From Candidatus Uhrbacteria bacterium CG_4_9_14_3_um_filter_50_9 (GTDB lineage: Bacteria > Patescibacteriota > Patescibacteriia > UBA9934 > GWF2-40-263): a stretch of 51,852 nt of DNA. The notes beneath the pieces were generated by a model. The model did no database searches. It saw nothing but the letters and a program-made list of their open reading frames with translations, and was not told the origin of the DNA. Both the position numbers and the translations under genes were made by a program. Every line of letters starts with the position of its first letter. The stretch's first letter is position 1. The stretch is taken from assembly GCA_002791295.1 (NCBI GenBank), contig PFWU01000001.1, positions 1 to 51,852 of the forward strand, in the 5' to 3' direction. This document shows positions 42,252 through 50,189 of this stretch, in pieces.

Positions 42252-43282
42252 ACCCGTTTCTCTTTTTGCGAAAAGAAAAAGGCAGCGATCAGCATGATAA
42301 GGCACAGGACGACAAGTGCCACGAGCTTCTCACGACTTTGAAAGAAGAGCGCGGTCACACCGAATGCGCTCGCCACCATGACATACACAAGCACGACTTG
42401 TTTTTGCCCGAGTCCGAGATCGTAGAGGCGGTGATGTAAATGCTTGCGGTCACCGACAAAAATCTGTTTGAGTCCACCAGCACGAAAACGTCGCACCACC
42501 ACCCACACGGCATCTAAAAGTGGAATGCCGAGCACTAACAATGCAGTCGCAAGCTTTCCACCAGAAATCACAGCTAGGACACCGAGTAGAAAACCCACAA
42601 AGGTACTTCCCCCTTCTCCCAAAAAAATTGTCGCTGGATGAAAGTTCCAAAACAAAAAACCAACAATCGCACCAATCACCACAGCAGAGAGGAGTGCCAC
42701 GTCAGGCTGATAGTAGGCGGCTGTGAGAGAAAGAAGCATCACCATGAGCGCTCCCACACCTGTGACTGATGAGGCAAGTCCGTCCAAGCCATCCAAAAAC
42801 TTTGTGGTGTACATGACCACCATAAGCCAGACAAACACCAGCAGGTCTGACTGCCATGAGGTCAGGTAAATCACACCACCAAACGGGTTTGAGAGCTTTT
42901 CAACTTCGATCCCAAAGAAAATAACCGTCATGGCTGCCAAAAATGGTGAAACGATAGACAGACTTGGCGGAAGTTCATAGCGGTCATCAAAATACCCCCC
43001 AAGCATCAGGATCATCCCCCCGAGAATCACACCCGCATAATGAAAGCGTGAAATCGCTCCACCTGTCAGTGCATCTGAGGTAAACAGAATCAAAATAACT
43101 ACCACTGCGAAAGCAGCAAAAATTGCCAGTCCCCCGAGTCGCGCCGTTGGTTTATCGTGTAGGTTCCTGGCTTTCGTTGGTTTATCAACGGCCCCACGCT
43201 TCAGAGCAAGCTGCTTTACAAAGACCGTCAGAACAAACGAAACAGCGAATGCGAGCAGTCCCCAGCTTATAAGTGTCGTCAT
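42248..43282 (-). CDS. MraY/WecA-family polyprenyl-phosphate N-acetylhexosamine-1-phosphate transferase (GT4)
   Basis: DDRYELP, KFLDGLDGLA, NFHPATIFLGEGGS. Polytopic. Confidence 0.85.
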   Translation of the reverse strand: MTTLISWGLLAFAVSFVLTVFVKQLALKRGAVDKPTKARNLHDKPTARLGGLAIFAAFAVVVILILFTSDALTGGAISRFHYAGVILGGMILMLGGYFDDRYELPPSLSIVSPFLAAMTVIFFGIEVEKLSNPFGGVIYLTSWQSDLLVFVWLMVVMYTTKFLDGLDGLASSVTGVGALMVMLLSLTAAYYQPDVALLSAVVIGAIVGFLFWNFHPATIFLGEGGSTFVGFLLGVLAVISGGKLATALLVLGIPLLDAVWVVVRRFRAGGLKQIFVGDRKHLHHRLYDLGLGQKQVVLVYVMVASAFGVTALFFQSREKLVALVVLCLIMLIAAFFFSQKEKRV

Positions 43283-45897
43283 AATTCTTTTCCTTTCTCA
43301 ATCTCAATCGTCCCTGAAGCCTTGAGTACAATGGTATCACGCCGTTTCACTTTTCCTGCAAGGAGGGCGTTTGCGATGGCGTTATCTACTTCTTCTTGCA
43401 CCACACGACGCAGTGGTCTCGCACCAAATTTAGGATCATACCCCTTCACAGAGAGCTCCTTAACGGCATCTGGCTCTGCGCGGAAAAAGATCCCCTTTGG
43501 TTCAAGACGTTTGGCAACCTGCCCAATCATGAGGCCTGCGATCTGGAAGACCTCATCTTGCGTGAGCGGTTTGAAGACGATCACCCCATCAAACCTGTTT
43601 AAGAATTCAGGACGATAAGTCCCCTTAAGCTCTTCCTCAATGAGATGTGTCTTCACGCTATCCAAATCCTCTCCACGCCCCACGGCATCTTGAATATATT
43701 GTGTTCCAGCGTTCGAGGTTGAGACGATAATCGTATTTTTAAAATCAATCGTGCGGCCAGCAGCGTCTGTGAGCCGACCATCATCAAACACTTGGAGGAA
43801 AATATTCAAAATCTCTGGGTGGGCTTTCTCAAGCTCATCGAGTAGCACAATCGCAAATGGTTGCTTGCGTACCGCCTCTGTGAGGAGACCCCCTTGGTTC
43901 GATCCTGGAACTCCAATCAACCGATGAATACTATCCTGCGATTGATACTCAGACATATCAAGACGAATCATCGCATCTTCATTCCCGAAATACGTTTGTG
44001 CGACCGTCTTAGCTAATTCCGTCTTTCCCACCCCTGTTGGCCCTAAGAAAAGAAAGGTCGCGAGCGGACGATCTTGTGAGCTGAGCTCTGCACGCGCACG
44101 ACGCAGGGCGGACGCCACCGCCTTCACAGCTTCATCCTGACCAATGACCCGTCCGTGCATGCGCTCTTCCAGATTCAACAGGGTGTCTTTTTCTTCACTC
44201 GCCACACTGGTCGCCTTTACTCCTGTTTTTTCTGTCACAATTTGAGCGACATCCTCACCAAGAACGAGTGCATCTTCTCCACGTAGCTTGGACACCATGA
44301 GTGCCGCCTCACGAGCGATCGTGATCGCTTTCTTTGGCAAGTACTCCTCGTGCATGTACCTGTCTGAAAGCTGAACAGCCTTTTCAACCGCCTCATAGCT
44401 AAACACAACCTTCTGATTGTACTCGATCTCACCAATCTTTGACTGAAGCATGTGGATGGCACTCGTTTCGTCTGGCTCGTTGATATCAACTTTTTGGAAT
44501 ACACGTCCAAGCACCGACCGTTCAATCGATCCCACATACGCACGTGGTGTAGCTGTAGCGATCGCAAACGTTCCCCCTCGGGAAAGGAAATCAACAAAGG
44601 TTGCGGCCAAATCTGCCGTGGCATCGTTTCCAGAAGAAAGACCTGTCATTTGCTCAAGATCTGTGACGGCGAGAATGATATTGCGTGATTTGGAGACTTC
44701 GTAAAACAAACGCATCATGCGCTCCTGTGCCATAGACGGATCCACACCCGAAATCAAATGTGGAACCGAGAGTCGCACAAGGCGCTTGTCCTCTAAAATC
44801 TTCGGCACACGTTCCTCTACCATGAGCTGAGCAATCCCAGCGAGAATCGTCTGCTTTCCAACCCCCTCTGAACCCACAAGAACGGCACTTTGTCGTCCTC
44901 CCTCGATCACACGAAACACCTCCTCAATTTCACGTTCACGACCCACAAGAATCGGCAGCTGTCCGTACACGCCGGCGGTTGTGAGGTCTTCAGAAAACTG
45001 ATCAAGGATGGGTGTCGCCACAGAGGTCATTGAACGATTCATCGGGCCAGTTGGTTTGAATGCTGCCGCCTTTTTGAACGCCTGATAACGTATGCGCATG
45101 CGGTCATTGATGCGAATCCATTCAATCATGTTGTGAAACTGCTGTGCGCTCACCCCGCTATCCAAAAACAACTCTTGCAAAAATTCTTCCACATCAAACG
45201 AGGCAACAAATAACTCATACGATGGAACTTCCTGAAGTCCCTGCTTCACGCTCTCCAAAAAAGCCGTAAGCAAAACACGTTCCGTCTCTTCCGAGAGGAC
45301 CGTTGGTTTTCCAAGCTGACGACCTTGAAGATATCGTGCAACAGGATCCTTAATTTTTTCAAAGGTGAGTCCAAGACGACCAAAGACGATAGAAGCGTCA
45401 TTGCTCTCAAGGGCTCCGATAAAAAGATGCAGTGGCGATACAGACGCATGTCCAAAGGTGGTTGCGAGTTTGAACCCACGTTCAAGCGCTGCACGTGCCT
45501 CATCACTAAACACATCTGCGAGATTCTGAGCCTCACCTGTGAGCGAGGTGACAGCGGGGATTTCTTCCCCTTGCTCAAGAACAGGCATCGTTGCACGACG
45601 TTCTCCCAACTGCTGCTGGTGGGCAAACAAAACGCATCCTGCAAGAAGGGTAAGATAGAGGAACCAAACCCGCCAGGATGTTTCGAAAAGCACCCGTGGA
45701 TTGAGAATGTCTGTTGGGTCTGTGAAGAGAAAAAGTGCGAGTGAAGTGATAAGTCCTATAATAAGCACAGAAAAAAGAAAGCCGCCGACAATCTGTATCG
45801 ACTTATTTTTTGCTGCGTGTTGCGTAACAGAATACTCGTCTAGCGGTTCCAGCCAAGCGTAGGTTTGCTCTTTAATGGTGAGTCCAAGGAGTGCCAT
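43279..45897 (-). CDS. ClpA/ClpC-type double-AAA+ unfoldase with an N-terminal membrane anchor
   Basis: Two N-terminal TM helices, Clp_N repeats, D1 Walker A GSEGVGKQT with Walker B replaced by ILAVTDLE, D2 GPTGVGKTELAK / LLDELEKAH. No long M-domain. Confidence 0.85.
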   Translation of the reverse strand: MALLGLTIKEQTYAWLEPLDEYSVTQHAAKNKSIQIVGGFLFSVLIIGLITSLALFLFTDPTDILNPRVLFETSWRVWFLYLTLLAGCVLFAHQQQLGERRATMPVLEQGEEIPAVTSLTGEAQNLADVFSDEARAALERGFKLATTFGHASVSPLHLFIGALESNDASIVFGRLGLTFEKIKDPVARYLQGRQLGKPTVLSEETERVLLTAFLESVKQGLQEVPSYELFVASFDVEEFLQELFLDSGVSAQQFHNMIEWIRINDRMRIRYQAFKKAAAFKPTGPMNRSMTSVATPILDQFSEDLTTAGVYGQLPILVGREREIEEVFRVIEGGRQSAVLVGSEGVGKQTILAGIAQLMVEERVPKILEDKRLVRLSVPHLISGVDPSMAQERMMRLFYEVSKSRNIILAVTDLEQMTGLSSGNDATADLAATFVDFLSRGGTFAIATATPRAYVGSIERSVLGRVFQKVDINEPDETSAIHMLQSKIGEIEYNQKVVFSYEAVEKAVQLSDRYMHEEYLPKKAITIAREAALMVSKLRGEDALVLGEDVAQIVTEKTGVKATSVASEEKDTLLNLEERMHGRVIGQDEAVKAVASALRRARAELSSQDRPLATFLFLGPTGVGKTELAKTVAQTYFGNEDAMIRLDMSEYQSQDSIHRLIGVPGSNQGGLLTEAVRKQPFAIVLLDELEKAHPEILNIFLQVFDDGRLTDAAGRTIDFKNTIIVSTSNAGTQYIQDAVGRGEDLDSVKTHLIEEELKGTYRPEFLNRFDGVIVFKPLTQDEVFQIAGLMIGQVAKRLEPKGIFFRAEPDAVKELSVKGYDPKFGARPLRRVVQEEVDNAIANALLAGKVKRRDTIVLKASGTIEIEKGKEL

Positions 45898-45903
45898 AGC
45901 AAG

Positions 45904-46281
45904 CTAAAACAAGAGCGCCAAAAGATTTATGATCACTCCGAGGAGAGACAGAGGCAACACAACCACATAGATCACAAATCCAATCCAAGAGAGGAGACTC
46001 AGGGTCACTACCCCGATGCCACGCACAATAATCATGACAAACCGCACACCAAAACTTATTGCGCGTCCGGTCAACGATGTTTCCCCGTACATGGGGACAA
46101 AAAGATTTTTCACCCAAATACCCAATCCAAAAAGATCCGAAGACCATTTCATGGAATATAGAGTGAAGAGAAAAACACGCTTGAGCCCGTTGGTGTACCA
46201 CCAAACCGGAAGCAGGACGAGCTCCCTCAAACCATCTTTAAACGCATAACGTACTATGAGCGATGCCGAAGCCTTTTGCAT
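45904..46281 (-). CDS. Small membrane protein, unknown (upstream of the Clp-like gene)
   Basis: 125 aa, C-terminal TM helices, backbone composition. Confidence 0.5.
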   Translation of the reverse strand: MQKASASLIVRYAFKDGLRELVLLPVWWYTNGLKRVFLFTLYSMKWSSDLFGLGIWVKNLFVPMYGETSLTGRAISFGVRFVMIIVRGIGVVTLSLLSWIGFVIYVVVLPLSLLGVIINLLALLF

Positions 46282-46296
46282 AACGTTCTTAGTTTA

Positions 46297-46321
46297 TCAC
46301 AAAACCGCGTTGTCACGCGGT
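46297..46321 (-). terminator. Cassette 9 distal terminator
   Basis: Minus sense ACCGCGT-gaca-ACGCGGT then TTTGTG. Confidence 0.6.
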
Positions 46322-46329
46322 CACTTTTG

Positions 46330-46387
46330 CACAAATGAAACACCCGCCGACTGCGAGAGCGGGGGTGCTCATCGCCGTCCGGCGGGT
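46330..46387 (-). terminator. Cassette 9 proximal hairpin
   Basis: 46342-46351 pairs with 46377-46387 (10 bp, one bulge) around a 25-nt loop. Followed in minus sense by GTTTCATTTG. Confidence 0.45.
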
Positions 46388-46392
46388 TCGTG

Positions 46393-46599
46393 TTACAAAC
46401 AACATCCTGGGGAGTTCCAGGTGCTGCCGCAACCTGGGCACCCCTTGGACTCGGGCAGCCGCTCCTCCCTTCTCCGATGGACCGTCGTCCCATCAGAGAG
46501 GGTCTGCCAGGTTTCGGTCACCTTGTACGACCGCGCACCGCCCTCATATTTGTACCAGACGCTCGTACTCGCCGTCTGGACATCATTTCCGTCCGGCAT
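46393..46599 (-). CDS. GC-rich cassette 9: 68-aa protein with a Cys-rich C-terminus (GCPGCGSTWNSPGCCL)
   Basis: AGGAGG (rc of 46605-46610) lies 5 nt before ATG 46599. MPDGNDVQTASTSVWYKYEGGARSYKVTETWQTLSDGTTVHRRREERLPESKGCPGCGSTWNSPGCCL. The ORF track extends it to 46710, through the promoter. Confidence 0.5.
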   Translation of the reverse strand: MPDGNDVQTASTSVWYKYEGGARSYKVTETWQTLSDGTTVHRRREERLPESKGCPGCGSTWNSPGCCL

Positions 46600-46622
46600 C
46601 ACTGCCTCCTTTAGTGAGGACA

Positions 46623-46652
46623 AATTTAAACACTTTTTTTCAAAATTGTCAA
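46623..46652 (-). promoter_or_regulatory. Cassette 9 promoter TTGACA-17/18-TTAAAT/TAAATT
   Basis: rc of 46647-46652 = TTGACA. The -10 is read as TTAAAT (17-nt spacer) or TAAATT (18-nt spacer). Confidence 0.55.
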
Positions 46653-46690
46653 CCCTGTTACTTCCCCGTGTTACTCGCCGACGTTTTAAA

Positions 46691-46727
46691 TAAAGCAAAA
46701 ACAGGTCCATTTTTAAACCTGTTTTTT
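46691..46727 (-). terminator. tgt terminator
   Basis: Minus sense AAAAACAGGT-10 nt loop-ACCTGTTTTT. The 5' arm overlaps the last tgt codons. Confidence 0.6.
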
Positions 46728-47831
46728 GATTGATTCTCGCAGCTCTTTCATGAGCCTGAGATAAAATTTCAAGTTATGCATGGTTGAGAGTCGCAGGGCT
46801 AGAATTTCATTCACTGAAAAAAGATGTCTCAGATATGCCCTGGAATAACTCTGACACAACTCACAGTCACAGTAGCTGTCAACCGGTTTCTGCTCAAGTT
46901 TATGCGTCTCATTGGTTGCGATGTATCTGTTATAAAACATCCCGTCAGGATTCATGCCGCAATACTTCTTCCACTCAACCTCTGATGGATCCTGGTTCCA
47001 CACAAAGAGAGTCCCGTGTCGTGCGTTGCGTGTCGGAAGCACGCAGTCAAACAGATCAACCCCCATGTGCACATACGTCACGATTTCCTCCGGCATACCG
47101 CCACCCATGAAGTAGCGTGGCTTGTCCTCTGGCAAGATCTTGCAAATCGCCTCAACAATTCGATACGCATCCTCACGCTTCTCCCCCACCGAGAGCCCAC
47201 CGATTGCATACCCATCAAATCCAATCTCCATAAGCCCACGAGCTGATCGCTCACGCAGATCTTCATGTGTGCCTCCTTGAACAATTCCAAAAAGTTTCTG
47301 ATTCGGATTCACAGATGCCTTGCACCGCTGTGCCCAACGGAGAGATCGCTCCATGGCTTCTTCGTATCGTTCGCGAGTTGAATCGCCGGCGGCCACGTCA
47401 TCAAACTGCATCACGATGTCCGCACCAATGGCCGCCTGCATTTCCATAGACTTCTCTGGTGTGAGTTCAATCCGTGCTCCGTCGATGTGCGATTGAAACG
47501 TCACGCCTTCCTCTGTGGTCTTATTCATTTTTGAAAGACTAAACACCTGGTAGCCGCCACTGTCCGTTAAGATTGGCCCCTTCCAGTTCATAAGCTTATG
47601 AAGTCCACCAAGGGTTTTCATGTCATCAAGCCCTGGGCGCAAGAGCAGGTGGTAGGTATTCGACAACAGTATTTGTGCACCGAGTGCCTTCATATCCACA
47701 CTCGACAAGGTCTTGACCGCACCCTTGGTCGCAATCGGCATGAACAACGGCGTTTGGATATCACCATGAGGAAGTGCGATCGTCCCCTGACGTGCGTTTT
47801 CTTTGATTGAATGTGGGGTGAAGATTGACAT
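46713..47831 (-). CDS. tgt: Queuine tRNA-ribosyltransferase
   Basis: LTDSGGYQVF, GGLSVGE, zinc site CDCELCQSYSRAYLRHL. Confidence 0.93.
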   Translation of the reverse strand: MSIFTPHSIKENARQGTIALPHGDIQTPLFMPIATKGAVKTLSSVDMKALGAQILLSNTYHLLLRPGLDDMKTLGGLHKLMNWKGPILTDSGGYQVFSLSKMNKTTEEGVTFQSHIDGARIELTPEKSMEMQAAIGADIVMQFDDVAAGDSTRERYEEAMERSLRWAQRCKASVNPNQKLFGIVQGGTHEDLRERSARGLMEIGFDGYAIGGLSVGEKREDAYRIVEAICKILPEDKPRYFMGGGMPEEIVTYVHMGVDLFDCVLPTRNARHGTLFVWNQDPSEVEWKKYCGMNPDGMFYNRYIATNETHKLEQKPVDSYCDCELCQSYSRAYLRHLFSVNEILALRLSTMHNLKFYLRLMKELRESIKKQV

Positions 47832-47853
47832 GAGTGGTTTAATTTGCTAGCTT
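47825..47853 (+). promoter_or_regulatory. Cassette 10 promoter TTGACA-17-TAGCTT
   Basis: TTGACA 47825-47830 overlaps the tgt start codon on the other strand. TAGCTT 47848-47853. Confidence 0.55.
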
Positions 47854-47871
47854 CACTCTTCTGGAGGAAGC

Positions 47872-48171
47872 ATGTTGAAACTGCATCTGCCCAACCGGCA
47901 GGAGATCGTCGATGTGGTCCTGCAAGAAGGCGACATCGTAGGGCTGGAGAATCCCCGGCAGCATGTCTGGCTACTTACGCTCCATGGTTCGCGCAGGGAG
48001 ACCATCACGCACTTCCTGTTCGAGGGAGGGGATGACAAGATGTTGCTCCGCTCTCGCACCCACGCACAGGCCGTCGTAGAGATCGAGGGGATCATCGGGC
48101 CCGAGTTCAGGCTCGGTGAGCCGAGGATCAATCCGAATGGACCCTGGTACTACCCAATCATCCGTCGTTAA
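47872..48171 (+). CDS. GC-rich cassette 10: hypothetical protein (99 aa)
   Basis: GGAGG 47863-47867 lies 4 nt before ATG 47872. Own promoter and terminator. No recognisable motif. Confidence 0.5.
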   Translation: MLKLHLPNRQEIVDVVLQEGDIVGLENPRQHVWLLTLHGSRRETITHFLFEGGDDKMLLRSRTHAQAVVEIEGIIGPEFRLGEPRINPNGPWYYPIIRR

Positions 48172-48196
48172 CAGCGCTACGCCGCGCTGTTTTCTT
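48171..48196 (+). terminator. Cassette 10 terminator
   Basis: ACAGCGC-tacgcc-GCGCTGT then TTTCTT. It abuts the dnaJ stop codon at 48195. Confidence 0.65.
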
Positions 48197-49244
48197 ATTC
48201 CCTCAGATCCAATTCTTCAATGAGTTTCTTTTGCTCACGAGACAATTTCTTCGGCACGACAACCTCCACATGGACATAATGATCGCCTCGTCCTCCACCG
48301 GCCATCACGCCTTTTCCCTTCAGACGGAAACGAGCGCCAGACTGGGTGCCTGATGGAATCTTGAGCTCCACGGGTCCATCCACTGTCTCGACATCAATCG
48401 TGTCACCAAGTGCGGCCTGTGTGAACCCAATCGATATTTGTGAATGGAGGTGCACGCCATCTCGTTCAAACCGTGGATCACGACGGACATGCAGGCGGAC
48501 ATACAGGTCACCGGGCTGACCATTTTTGATCGCCTCACCTTTTCCACGAACACGCAGTGTGGATCCATCTTCAACACCCGCTGGAATTTGAATCTCCATC
48601 GTCTGTTTCTTTTTATCTGTCCCTGATCCACGGCAGGTTGAACACGGCTCCTTTGGCACCTCTCCAGACCCTTGGCACGTCTGACAGGTCACTTGAGTTT
48701 GCATGTTGCCCAAAATAGTTCGTTGCATGCGCACCTCCACACCACTCCCCTTACAGGTGCCGCACGTCTCAACGCCCTGTCCGGGCTCAGCGCCGTTACC
48801 ACTGCAACGCTCACAGGCGTCTGTTTTTGAAAGGGTGATTTCCTTCGTCGCACCAAAGACGGCGTCTGTGAACTCAAGCTCGATGTCGACTTGAATATCG
48901 TTTCCACGCCTCACGCGCTGACGACGCTGTCCACCGCCAAACAAGTCACCAAAGATATCACCGAAGTCACCTGCGGCAGAAAAATCAAACCCACCAAAAC
49001 CTTGGCCAAATCCAGCTCCGCCTGTACCTCCCTCAAAAGCTGCTGAACCAAACTGATCGTACTTCGCACGTTTTTCAGGATCGCCAAGCACTTGGTAAGC
49101 CGAGTTGGCTTCCTTAAATTTCTCTTCATCCCCCGACGCTTTATCTGGATGATAGGCATGGGCCTTCTTGCGGAACGCCTTCTTAATCTCGTCCTGTGAT
49201 GCCCCGCGATCGACCTCTAAAATTTCGTAGTAATTTTTTGCCAT
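48195..49244 (-). CDS. dnaJ: Chaperone DnaJ
   Basis: J-domain with HPD, G/F region, four CxxCxGxG repeats. Confidence 0.95.
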   Translation of the reverse strand: MAKNYYEILEVDRGASQDEIKKAFRKKAHAYHPDKASGDEEKFKEANSAYQVLGDPEKRAKYDQFGSAAFEGGTGGAGFGQGFGGFDFSAAGDFGDIFGDLFGGGQRRQRVRRGNDIQVDIELEFTDAVFGATKEITLSKTDACERCSGNGAEPGQGVETCGTCKGSGVEVRMQRTILGNMQTQVTCQTCQGSGEVPKEPCSTCRGSGTDKKKQTMEIQIPAGVEDGSTLRVRGKGEAIKNGQPGDLYVRLHVRRDPRFERDGVHLHSQISIGFTQAALGDTIDVETVDGPVELKIPSGTQSGARFRLKGKGVMAGGGRGDHYVHVEVVVPKKLSREQKKLIEELDLRE

Positions 49245-49248
49245 GTAG

Positions 49249-49719
49249 TTAAGTCACATCTACCACAAGTGGTTTCTCAGCTCTAAAATAATCATGATAA
49301 CTCATCCGAATGGAATGTGTGAGAGAACCAGCATTAAAGAACACGTCTTTCTCTTCTTCAAACTTTTTGTCGATCATGGTGCGCAGGCCAATCACCGAAC
49401 CAAACGGTGGCACCGAGCCTGGAATACATTTTGTCACGTCGATCACTTCTTGATACTCCGCAAAGCTCCAGCGCTCTCCAAGCACATCCTTCACCTTTTT
49501 CTGATCGAGCTTCAGATCATCGGGCAATACGAACAGATAAAAATCTTCAGACTTCTTCCCCTTCACCACAATCGCTTTCGCCCCCTCATGATGGGGAGCG
49601 CTGTCAGGATCAAACCCCACCGCCGCCTCTGAAGCATGCGGTTCATTGGGATGTTCCTTCGTAATGAAATCGACCTGCTCCTCCAGGAGCTTTTGCTTGA
49701 TCTGTTCAAAGACGGTCAT
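49249..49719 (-). CDS. YbaK/EbsC-type aminoacyl-tRNA deacylase domain protein
   Basis: KAIVVKGKK...FVLPDDLKLDQKKV...PGSVPPFG...VFFNAGS. Start at ATG 49719. Confidence 0.8.
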   Translation of the reverse strand: MTVFEQIKQKLLEEQVDFITKEHPNEPHASEAAVGFDPDSAPHHEGAKAIVVKGKKSEDFYLFVLPDDLKLDQKKVKDVLGERWSFAEYQEVIDVTKCIPGSVPPFGSVIGLRTMIDKKFEEEKDVFFNAGSLTHSIRMSYHDYFRAEKPLVVDVT

Positions 49720-49735
49720 AAAATAATCGAAATGA

Positions 49736-50149
49736 TTAGATCTCCTTCCTTTCAAACCCCTTTCTCAACATCTCAGCGGTGCAGGGCCAGATGTAGTTGT
49801 AGTCGTTGATCTCCTCTTGAGTGATCCACTTGTACTGCAGATGTTCAAAGCTTAGCTGAATATCTGCGTGATCACTCGTAATCCGATACGCCACCGCACA
49901 ATACGGCACCTTCCGCTCACCTGCGTACCAAGGATACGTCATCAGGTGCTCCCCTTTTTCAAACACATCCATTCCAATCTCTTCCTTGAGCTCCCGAGCA
50001 AACGCCACCTCCGCCTCTTCCTGCTCATCAATCCGCCCACCCGGAATCACATACAACCCAGGCTTAGAGGCATCCTCAAGAATCAGAACCTTCCCATCCT
50101 TCACCCAAACACCAACCTGAGAAATCATGAATTTTTCGTAGTTAGGCAT
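49736..50149 (-). CDS. NUDIX hydrolase
   Basis: Nudix box GGRIDEQEEAEVAFARELKEEIGMD. Confidence 0.8.
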   Translation of the reverse strand: MPNYEKFMISQVGVWVKDGKVLILEDASKPGLYVIPGGRIDEQEEAEVAFARELKEEIGMDVFEKGEHLMTYPWYAGERKVPYCAVAYRITSDHADIQLSFEHLQYKWITQEEINDYNYIWPCTAEMLRKGFERKEI

Positions 50150-50151
50150 AG

Positions 50152-50180
50152 TTGTTTCTGCTTCACTTGTTTGATATATT
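50152..50180 (+). promoter_or_regulatory. Backbone promoter TTGTTT-17-TATATT, 9 nt before ATG 50190
   Basis: TTGTTT 50152-50157, TATATT 50175-50180. Confidence 0.5.
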
Positions 50181-50189
50181 TAGATCAAT

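Noticed and set aside
46340-46392. tRNA-like GGTTCG segment in the GC-rich gap.
   Set aside because: No complementary T-stem, acceptor stem or anticodon arm can be drawn. It fits a hairpin downstream of cassette 9.
46256-46733. Plus-strand ORFs of 145, 132 and 74 aa in the GC-rich gap.
   Set aside because: They overlap cassette 9 on the opposite strand, cross its promoter and terminators, and lack start signals.
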